DNA of 64,000 bases from positions 12,583 to 76,582 of the forward strand of contig JAAOMT010000481.1 in assembly GCA_016748015.1 (NCBI GenBank). Reading direction: 5' to 3'. This DNA is from Geosiphon pyriformis uo1 (taxonomy: Eukaryota > Fungi > Glomeromycota). Both the position numbers and the translations under genes were made by a program. Within the stretch, counting starts at the first letter, position 1. Each line of letters starts with the position of its first letter. Below, piece by piece: positions 53,260-64,000 of the stretch. Under the pieces are notes generated by a model. That model searched no databases and was not told where the DNA came from. It was given only the letters and a program-made list of their open reading frames with translations.

Positions 53260-54915
53260 GTTTATTTTATTACAATATGTTTTATTTTTTGAATATTAAT
53301 TTTAAATCGAACATAATTTATGTATTTTCTATATATAATTTGGTATAAGTTTAATTAAAACTAAATAATATTAAAATTATTCATAAAAATATATTATAAT
53401 TAATAATAATATTATTAATATATATATTTTTATTATTATTAATATTATAATTAACATAAAACTTACCAATTTTTATATTTATTCTGTGTAACATACAATA
53501 AAAATTATAATATTTTTCTTAATAATAAAAACATTTTTTCTAATTTAATATACAAAACAAAAAAGTATCAAGCAATTTAAAAATTAAATAAATAAAAACA
53601 CTAATAAGTTTTATAATAAATTTAACTAATAAGATTAATACAATTTTAAAAAAACCAACTAAAAACAAATTTTATAATTAATAATAATAGCAGCAAAAAT
53701 AATTAAAGATAAAAATATCTTATAATTTATGACCAAATAATTTGAACTTTAATATTTATAACTGTGATAATATTTAAAAATTTTTATTAAATATAATTTT
53801 TATATAAAGTGTTAATTTTTAAAACTACTATATTTAAAATTTTTAATAACTTAAAAATTAGAACAGCAAAGTATTAACAATAATAAAAATTTAATTACTA
53901 ATTTAAAAATCAAATTATTAATTTTAAAATCTGTGCAACCAAAAAAAAAATTGATTAACTTAATCTTAAAATTATTTTTTGATTGAACAAAAAAAAGTTT
54001 TTAATGCTGTTTTTTTACCAATACAAATTAAAAACCAAAAGCAACAGCAATAAAAAATTTTTTAAACTAAATAATAATATATTATTATAAATTTATAGAT
54101 TTTAACTTAACAAAAAACACTTTATTATTAAAAAATATATTAAAAAAATATTATAAAATACAACAAAAAAAAAGATAAATAAATTATTACAGAAAACTTT
54201 TAAATTTTATACATAATTAAAAAAAATTATTGATAACAATTTTAATAATAAAAACCAAAAAAATTTGAAAATAAAATCTATACAAAACAACTTAATATTG
54301 TTTTTAAAAATTAATTTATATTTAATCCAATTAAATTTTGAATGTATATTAAGTATTAAATTAAAAACTATTATTTAAAAAATTTTTTATAACTAGAAAT
54401 TGTTATTTAAAGGCAGTATTAAAAAACAAAAAAAAATAATTAATTTGGTTTCTATTTAGTCAATCTAATCTTTAAAATTAAGTGATTTTATAAATTGATT
54501 AATTAAAAATATATTTAAAACCATATTTTGTTTTGCTTTTAAAATTAGCAATAATTTGTTTAAAAATATTATATTTAACAATACAATTAATAGTTAATTT
54601 TGGTTTATAATAGAAAATATATTATTATTATTATTGTTTATATTAGAAAAAAATTAATTTTTATAATAAAAACAAAAAAAACCAGTTTTTTAATTAGTTT
54701 ATTATTAAATATTTTAAGGCTTTTAAAACAAGTAGAAACAACATTAAAACCAATTTAAATTTGTTTCTTTAAAAAAATCTTAGCTAAAAAAATACTAGTC
54801 AAAGAAAAAAATGCTTTAGAAGTTGTTAAAAACAATTTTATATTATTAATATTTAAAAAACATATATTTAAAATATTTTGCTTAATAAAAAATGTTTTTT
54901 TTGTTAATACTTTTT
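53260..54915 (-). mobile_element. Duplicated decayed ORF1-only element (partner of 24140-26113)
   Basis: Colinear with 24140-26113, with many differences and deletions. Confidence 0.65.
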
Positions 54916-55145
54916 TAATTAATTTTTATTTTATTGTTTTTATGTTATTATTATTTTTATTAACAAATTTTAAATATTAATAAAATATAATTTAAGTGTT
55001 TTTTACAAACATAAAAATAAAACATTAATATTATACTTTAATAATTTATTTAAAATTAATTAACAAAAAATTTTTATTTTTAATATGTATAATTTTATTA
55101 TTATTTATTAAAAAACAATAGTAAAATATTTAAAAATAAATATAT

Positions 55146-58100
55146 TGGTTAAAGAAAAAAAACTCTTTTTCTTGTTGATTTTTTGGTCATGATAAAAGAA
55201 TAAAGTTGTCAAAAAAATAGCTTTTCTTATTTTTTTTTTTGGTTTTTAGTTATTTCTTTTAATACATCTATTTTTGTTGCTATAAAACCAGTAAGCTTTT
55301 CTGCTGGTGGTTCTAGTTCTGGTTCAGCTAGGTTAAAGACCCAGTTTGGCACTAAAAAAAAAGCATATATTAAAAATATTTACTTTTGTAGTCTCTTATA
55401 TAAGAAGCCAAAAAATCTAATATTTTTAATAATATGGTGGAATTATTAACTGGCCTTTTATCTGTTGACATATTGTAAACTAATAAAAATAGACACAAGA
55501 AATCTTGAAGTAATAAGGTAAATAGCAAGGAAGCCAGTATTAGTAAAGTATTAGATATTTAAAACATAAAAAACACAATTGTAGAAAAAATAAATTATGT
55601 GAATTCTAATACTTTTGAAATGAATAACATAATAAACAATACAACTCTAAAGAAAATATGAATAAAAATGTATGTTTTAAAGTAACTGTTGGGTCTTTCT
55701 TTAAAGTTTTAAGTAACAATAATAATATCAAATTGGTGTTTCTAATGTCTAGGTTTGTTGGTTTCAAAAAATTGCTATTAGTTGAGTCACAAAGTAAAAA
55801 GATTAAGAATTTTGGTTTGATAAAGTTTTTTGTTCTGGATTTTAAACTTTTTGTAATGCTTAACAAAACTTCTGAAAATAAGCTTTTGTTTATTAAAAAA
55901 AATTTATATCATGTCAATAGTTTTGAGGGCATAAACTTTCTTAAAATTTTCAATTATCATTAGATTAATTTTTACTTCCAAACTAAGCTTAAACAAAGCT
56001 AAGGAATTGGCTATTAATGAAAAAATTTTAGTAAATAATAATATTAAAAGAACAAACAGTCACACAAATCGGACAATAATTGTCAAAAAAATTCCAGTAA
56101 ATTTTTTTAAATTGGCAATAAAATTAGTTTTCTTTAAATTTAGTAAGATAATTATAATCAAAATGCAACTAATTGGTCTTTAGCAAAAAGTCTTAGTAAA
56201 ATATCAGTTTTTATGAAAAAAAATTCTGTGCATATAATATTGGCTGTCAATAATAAACAATCTTAAGTATCTAGAAACTTTTATTGGGCTTTGTTATATA
56301 CTTTGCCTGTTGGTACTACTGTTTATAATTTTTCTGATTTATTGAGATTATATAGTAAAAAAACATGTTTTATTAGTTACAATCTAAATTTATATGTGTA
56401 TAATAGATATGTTATTATTTGTTTTGCTGATGAAACATCCAAAAAGACTGCTATTAGTTCTACTCTGATTTTTAAAAATATATATTTGTACTAAACTGGT
56501 TTTTTTTTGGCTTGTTGTGCTCAATACAAGCAATTTGGTTATATATCTGGTATGTATTTAATAAGTAAAAATTTGAGTAATTACAATAAACAAGTAATTA
56601 ATTTTCAAGATCAAATTTGTTTAGCAAATATATATAAAAAAAACAGATGCCAATTGCTTATCTGGTTTTATTTAGTAGAAAAACTTAGGCTCAAATTGTT
56701 AGTAGTTTTATTTCTTATGTGGTGTTTTTGGTTTTTTTTGGTATTGGTTTATTTTCAGATATTAAACCTCTTCTATTGGTGTCTTTGAACTTAAATAATA
56801 GGTTTGCCACTCTTAAATACAGTCTCACCAGTCTTACAGAGCAAGTTAACAAACTGGCTAAGAAATTAGATGTATTTAGACCAATATTTTCTTAGCCTAG
56901 TTCTAAAAATTAACTATCAGTGACTCTTTTATTACAAAATTAAGAGATGAATATAGTAATAAGTAAAGATTTAAGTATAGTTACTAGTGATAAAACTGTT
57001 ATAAAAGTAATGTTTTCAGATTAGTCAGTGATTTTTAGATTAAAAGACAGTTTAATAAATCTTTCAGATATGGTTATAAAATTTTTGGCCAAGATAAATA
57101 ATATTGTTTTGAATTCAAATTTTCTTTTATCTCAATAACCAGTTTTGTTTAACAGTTTGCTATATATAATATTTAGGGTATTAATGTTCTTGTAAAACAA
57201 AAAAATGTTGTTTATTAAGATATAAATTTAGGTAATATAGTTTTTTTTGTTATAAAGATGAAGTTAAAGACTAATATTAAGTCTTTGATTGCAAATAAGT
57301 TTGATAAAGGGTGAATATTCACATCTGGATTAAATAAAAGTTTTTTCAGTGCTAGAATAACTATTGTTATAAACAATTTTTTAGCTCAAAATGTTTTTAA
57401 GATTAAAAAAATTTCTGATCACATTATTTTGGTACAGTTTTTTTTTAAGAACAAGCTTTTAGTCATGGTTTTGGATTTGTATACTGGTGCTTCTATTAAA
57501 GCTAAGTTTAATCAAGCTTTGGAAGTTAATTTTTTTATTGTTAAGACTGTTAATTCTAGCACTTTTGTAGTTTTGGATGGAAATTTTAACAAAAATAAGT
57601 TCAAAAAAAGTGTGAGTTTCAAGTTTTGTTTGGATTTGAGTTTGGTTAACTTATTTAGTAGATATTTATTGATCAAGCTCTCTACTTAGAGCAATGCAAA
57701 AAGTGTCAAAAAAATTTTAGATTATATTTTGTAAGTAAAAGTTTATTTTTAATAGTTGCTGATTATAGAGTCAACTTTGTGTCTACATTTTTTGGCACTA
57801 ATTACAAAATTGTCTTGGAATTAATTAATTTGAGTGGTTTTTTGAATATTTATTTGAATAAGATGTATAAACAAATTAATAAGAATTATTGAAAATTTAA
57901 AATTAAGAATACAAATAATGCGAAATGAATATGATTTAAGGAATGTTTTTTTGTTAAGCTTTTGATAGTAAAGAATAAGTTTTTAAGAGCAAAAGCTTAT
58001 AGTAATTTGAATACTATATGAGATTTGCTGAAAAGGGTGTTGATAGAATCAGTTAATGAAACATTTTTTAAATATTAGTTCAGTAAGTTTTAATGTTCAA

Positions 58101-61100
58101 GAAACAAACAGTTTTTAAAGTTTTTTGAATTAGAATTGTTAATTGTCAAGATTGTTAAAAAGTTAAGCTTAAATAACATATTTGGATTTGATTGTCTTGT
58201 TAAGAAATAATTAACTTTGGATGGTGATAAAACTTTTAAGATTATAAACATAGTTTAAATTAATAGAAAATTAATAGATGTTCTTAAACATTTGTTAATG
58301 ATTCAAAAAAAGTACAAAAAGTTCAAGCTTTATAAGTTAAAATTAGCTAAAAAAACATCTATCAAAAAGATATTCAAAAAGCACATAAAAAGTTTTTGTT
58401 TTTATAAAAGAGATATAATAAGGAGTATTTTAGATCAGTTTTTTTACAAAGTGGTTTTAGATTACTTGATAATAAAAAAAATATATTTTGGAGCCAGAAA
58501 AAATAAAGCTTAGTATCAATAAAATTATAGAGAGTTGAACAAAAAAATAAACTGTGTTTCAAGTAATATCCGATTTATGAGTTTATTAATATATATTATT
58601 GAATTATGTAAATAATAATGTTTTTTCTGGCATAATAAAAATAATCAGTATAGAGAAATTGTTTTTGGTAATTAATAGTCTGTTTAATAACAAAGCTGTT
58701 AGTTTGTTTGGCATTCTTAATAAACTTTAAAAACATGATGATAATAATATAATGAGATGTCTTCTGAAATTGTTAAATATGTATTTGTTTTTTAGTGGCA
58801 TTTAGTTTTGTAAAAAAAAGCCTGGGTCTCAATGATTCCTAAATTTTATGATTGGAATAGAGTTTTAACAAATACTTGATCTATTGTTTTAATTGAAATA
58901 ACCAAAAAAATTTTTTTTAAAGTTTTATCTGATCAGATTTTGTTTGCATGTTACAAGTTTAGTATTTTTTATAATGATAATTTTTCTGTTCTAAAAAGCA
59001 TATCTACTTAGTCTTTTGTGTTTGCTATTGAATCAATAGTTAAAAATTTTTTGAATAAGAATAAAGAATTTTAGTTGGTTCTGTAGCATATATATAAAGC
59101 TTATAACTTGGTTGAATAATATCATTTGAAAGCTAGCTTATAGCAAATTAAAATGTAAAACAAGTTTATAAAACTTTTTGCCAGCATACATAAAGATAAA
59201 GTTAATAAAATAATAACTAATTTTGGCCTCTTGGGTGGATATAAAATACATAATAGATTAGATTAAAGTAAAGTTTTCTTATATTTTTTTGGAAAATTTT
59301 TTATGATCCATTTTTATATAAAATTAAAAGAGATAAACATTTGTGCAAATACCAGATTAATACTAAGTTTGTAGCCAAAATGAGCAGAATAGATAATAGT
59401 AATAAAATGTTTTTTTTTTGCTGTTGATGTATTTGTAGATAATACAATTTAGATCAAAAATTATCCAGCTTCTATGCAGTATGTTTTGAATATTGCTAAT
59501 GAATTTTTTTGATCAATAATATTTTTGTCAATAATAAGAAGACTGTAACTATTTTTATCAATTAGGGTGTTAAGGTTGCTTCTTTGAGAATCAGTGGCCT
59601 CTCAATTTTAATAACTAAAAAGAGTAAAACTTACAAATATTTAGAGATTTTTTTGTTAACCAAAAGATTGTCTAAGCCAAATCTAACTAAGACTTATCTT
59701 AATATTCAATTTTTTGTTAACATAATTCTTAGAAAAGACATTATAAATAAGCAGTTTTTGTATTTAGTATTAACTGTTTTACAATTCATAATTAGTTATA
59801 AAATTCAGTTTAGTTTTGTTTTATTAAGTATGTATTACAAATAAAATATTATGATTAGAAAGAACCTTAAGTCTAATGTTTATTTGTTATGTAATTTTCT
59901 TAATAAGACTTTGCACCACTATTTTTTGTATAGTTTGAAATTATTTGAGCAAATACAGTCTGAAGAAAAATTAGCTGTGTTAATTGTCTTTTTTAATACT
60001 TTAAACATTATTAAATGCTTGTTTAATTACAGATTCTTAGATTTACAGATTTTGGAATAAGCTTTTTTCAATTCTTTGCAGTTTTTTATCAGATTATGTA
60101 TTTGTTTAATGAACAATTTTTTGGCTGAGATGATAAAATTTTTTTGGACTTTAAATTATCTTTAATAAACAATTTTCCTAATGCATTTTGTAGTTCTGGT
60201 GAATTTCTAATGTTGGTTGTTTTGGAACACTCTTTCTATTTTAGTTAGTTTGTTTTTTAAAATAGTTTAAAATTATATTTGATAATAGACTTTTAGATAA
60301 GAAAAGTAATATAATAAACTGAAAAACTTTTTACTATTAGAAAAAGTTAAATCTTAAAGGCTCTGTGCTTTATTAATTTGAAGTTATATTAAAATTTTTA
60401 CATGATAAAAGGTCTTTGTTAGTTGATTTAACTAAGACAAATTTGTTATTTGGTTTGAACATTTTGAATTCAAGAGAGTTTTTTGATGTGTAGAGTTATT
60501 TGCATAAAATTTGGTCTAATTTTATAGAAGTATATATAAATAAATTTTTAAAGAATGCTGATTCTGCTGATGTTGTTAGTAGAACTACTGCTTATTTTCC
60601 AGCTATAGACATGAGTATTTGTGTAAAGATGCATAGACTTTTATCTTCTATTATGGCTGAATTACAGACTATTGTTTAGTTTTTGGTGTGTGTTTTATTT
60701 TTCTGTATAGTAATTTTACATTTAGACAACCAAGTTATTATTAATATATATATAGCTGAGTCAATATTAATTGTATTTAATTTTTGTAATTAATACTAAA
60801 TAAAAAAAAGACATATTGTTAATCTGATTAGAAATAAAAATCTTATTGTAAATTGGATAAAGATTAAGAGTTATTTAGGAATTCTTAACAATAAAAAGAC
60901 TGATATAATTGTAAATAAGACTGTTTACTTTCTTTTTTCTTTGCCAAAAAAGATGCAAAAATGTTTTTTAGTGGCTAAAGACACAGCTGTGTCTGACAAT
61001 ACCTGTTATTTTGTTTAAGATTTATTTAGATTTATTAATTATATTTAATAAGAAACTAGTCTTGATTATAACATAATTCTAAATATGCTGATTAAAAGAT

Positions 61101-61940
61101 AAATTAAAAAGCTATAGGTAAGATTTGACATCCTGATTTGCATATGTTTTTTGAATTTACTAGTAAAAAGTCTGCCAATTTACATATGTACTTGATAAAA
61201 ACTGTGTATAAATAACTGTCAGTAGTGGTTTAAAAGAAATTATATGATAGAAAATATTTCAGAGTCTGTGTTTATTGTGTAGCAAAGTAAAATTATCTAA
61301 CTATGTTTTTACTTATATCTAAAATACTAGTGTTTATAAAAAAATTTTGGCTGAAATCTTTGTATAATAGAGTGCATTGATAAGAGCTTACAATAAATTT
61401 TCTTTTACTGTTTGTAAATACTTTCTGAATATTCTTTAAATATAAATCTGTATATAGTAATCTGTAAGAATTTCATGTTAAAGAATTGATATATAAAGAC
61501 TGTTAGAATTTTTGATAAAAAAAAAGAAACTACTTTTGTTGTTATTGAATATGTGAAATATTTAATAAAATTGTATTATACTAAGTTATAATTAATAAGA
61601 TCTGAATTTAAAGTAAGTATAAAAAAAACTGGATTGGTTAAGGATAACAGTTTAATATTTGAATTGTTTTGTAATATAGTGTTTATGTTGTCAAATAGAT
61701 TGGTTAAATTGCTTGGTATTATTGAGTTTTTTGCTGTTAGTTTTGGTAGATAGAAACTATATCCTTTGTTTTCTGATTTAAGTAATAATATATATATTTA
61801 CATAAATATATAATATTGTCTTATTTGATCTAAGTGGCTGGTCATATATAGTATAAGTATAAATTATGTTTAATTTGAACCACTTAGTTTGGTTCTATAT
61901 ACTAAATAGTAGTTGAATTTTATGAAATAAATTGTTTAAA
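55146..61940 (+). mobile_element. Full-length decayed LINE: ORF1 (RRM, CCHC) and ORF2 (APE, RT, RNase H, C-terminal Cys/His finger)
   Basis: ORF1: LYTLPVGTT, CAQYKQFGYI. APE: AIYNI*GINV, LDGNFN, LDYIL. RT: TNT*SIVLIE, KAYNLV, WKIFYDPFL, VFVDNTI (FVDD). RNase H: EVYINKFL (YTDGSL), SSIMAELQTI, WIKIKSY (WxKVKGH). Finger: CLLCSKVKLSNYVFT. Confidence 0.9.
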
Positions 61941-62239
61941 AAATATATATATATATAATTAAATTATATTATATTTATAAAAACTAAATTAATTATAACT
62001 AAATTTTTATTATTAAAAACAAAATTAATTATAACTAAATTTTTATTACAAAAAAAAATTAATTAATTATGTAATAAGTTTATTTATTTAATTTAATATT
62101 GAGGATTTAAAACTTTCAAAAAATTAAACTTTTTTATTAATAAAAAAATTTAAATTATTATTAAATATGTTATTATTTAGTAAATTATTATACTATATTT
62201 ATCTTAAAATTAATAATTTTTTTACTTAAATTATTAATA

Positions 62240-62535
62240 TCTTTTTTTTAGTATCTCATAAAGTTTTAACCAAAAAAATTTTCTTTGTTGTAAAAGCTTT
62301 TTTCTTGGCTAGTGATAATAAAAAGCTACTTTTGGTGGCTATTTAAAACATTTTTCTTATCTTTGGCTGGTTTTTTATTGATTAAAGTTTTCTTAAAGAG
62401 ATATATTCAAGTTAGTTCCAGTATTGCTTTTATTCTTTTTAAGAATCCAAAAGTTTTTAATAACAAACAAGTTAACAAGCTAGTCTTTTTTTCTATAGTT
62501 TTTATATTTGGTGCTTTTAGTATTATCTCTTTAAA
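62240..62535 (+). mobile_element. Decayed fragment of the ORF1-only element family
   Basis: FFLSLAGFLLIKVFLKRYIQVSSSIAFILFKNPKVFNNKQVNKLVFFSI aligns with SSSLAGFLPVKVPSKKHTWVSPSVASTPTKSPKVFNNRPVNKLVFPSI. Confidence 0.8.
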
Positions 62536-64000
62536 AATTTTATTATACTAAAATTAATTTTAATTAATTATTTTGAAAATACTTTAAAAGGAAAAAACTT
62601 TTATTTAAAACTAAAAAAATGTTTTAAAATCAACAAAAAACTGGCTAATAATAATTTTATTTAAAAAAAGTATTTTTATAAAATATTTTTAAGTAATTTT
62701 ATGGTTGCTTTTAAAAATAAAAAAATTACAATATTTTTATTTTTTGTTTTGATTGTGAAAAAAAAATATAAAATAGAAAAAGTTTTTTTTAATTATAATT
62801 ATAAAATATAAAAAAAAGTTTTTATTTAATTATTATTTTATTTTATAAATTATTTTAATTTAAAAATATATAATATAAAAAGATTTTAAAATACTGTTTT
62901 TAAATTTTAAATTTTTTTATTGTTTATATATATAAAACTAAAATACCTTAATAAATATAATTTATAATTAGTTTTTATATTATTACTAAATCTTTTTTAT
63001 TCCTAATTATAATTATTTTGTTATAATAATTTTTTAATTTACAGTTCTTCAAATGGGTGGAAAAATTTTGGTACCGAAATTTGGATTGAGCCGTTGAGTA
63101 ATTGTGATTGTCCTGCTGATGATGACCCAAATACGTATTGGGACTGTAATTCTATTTCCCTTTCAATTGGTCAAAGGAAATTATGGCACAACTACAAAAA
63201 AATTTGGTCTAACGCTAAATAATTAAAAAAATATTGTAATAAATTGAGAAATAATTTTAAATACTTGCTTCTAAATATACTGTCTTGTTTCTTTAAATTT
63301 TCAAGATCTTTTAGGTACCAAACAATTTAGTATTCTTTGTGTAAATTTTGATTTCAAGTTCAAAACAATAAATATTTTTCGGATTTTTATTATTTAGAGC
63401 ATTATTTTTATTTAATATGAAAAAGAAATGTGAAAAATGGTTTACAGTTTTATAAAAACAATAAAAGTTATTTTTTTTAAATATATAAAAGACAAAACAA
63501 GACATTTCATCAGTAATGAATCTGTTTTCCAAATCAATTTTTAATGTTGTTTAAGAAATTTTGCATCTTTTGGCTTTATTGTGCACTACAATTTTGTTGT
63601 TTACAAATTTCTTTTATAATAAAAAAATTACAGCGATAATATTTTGACCATTATATTGTATTATTTAATTTTTAGCAAGCACATTTGTATAATTATCATA
63701 TTTTTTAGTTAGTTGATTAACATATTTTTGTGACAATTTTTAATGTTTATGTTTTTTTTATTTCTTTTACTCTTAATTACATGCAATCAAAACATTTATG
63801 TCCGAGTAATAAAATTGCAACATCAACTTTAAACTCAATTAGAAGTCACTAATTTTTTGGTTCACTCTTACTCAATTAAATCATTCCAAAAACTTATATT
63901 AATACAGCAAATTGTATTGAGCTTTAAGTTTCAATTAAAAATAAATAATTTGTTAAATGAAGAAATAATTTAAATTTGTATCTTAAATTGTGTAATAATG

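Larger units (their letters stand above)
48133..55140 (+). repeat. Segmental duplication block B, copy 2
   Basis: Partner of 19113-26370; homology ends where the LINE begins. Confidence 0.95.

Overview
This is an extremely AT-rich eukaryotic, intron-containing window. Its gene families (BTB-BACK-TLDc, tyrosine-kinase-like, ankyrin, Crinkler-type NTPase-nuclease) point to a Glomeromycotina fungus. The retroelement ORF1 peptides remind me of Geosiphon pyriformis, but that is inference, not a search result. Intact-looking genes: a 3-exon secreted HExxH metalloprotease (4220-5823, -), a 5-exon Rho3-like GTPase with a destroyed P-loop (10404-11556, +), and two GC-rich paralogues of a Crinkler/CR-type P-loop NTPase + PD-(D/E)xK-like nuclease. 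The paralogues (19330-21783; 47426-50836 with a first exon missing from the ORF track) lie in a ~28-29 kb-spaced direct segmental duplication, each followed by a Sola-like transposase relic. The rest is nested, C>T/G>A-decayed transposons (Tc1, pogo/Tigger, Ty3/Gypsy pol, a full-length APE-RT-RNaseH LINE, two MITEs) and pseudogenes. Most notable: (1) a multi-copy ORF1-only (HAL1-like) retroelement family sharing both termini with the autonomous LINE; (2) the NTPase-nuclease pair, one copy of which lost exon 1 to a Gypsy fragment but has a copy-specific Kozak ATG; (3) a Rho3 pseudo-GTPase; (4) a decay series of repeats. All family calls are from motif recognition by eye, and coordinates of decayed elements are approximate.
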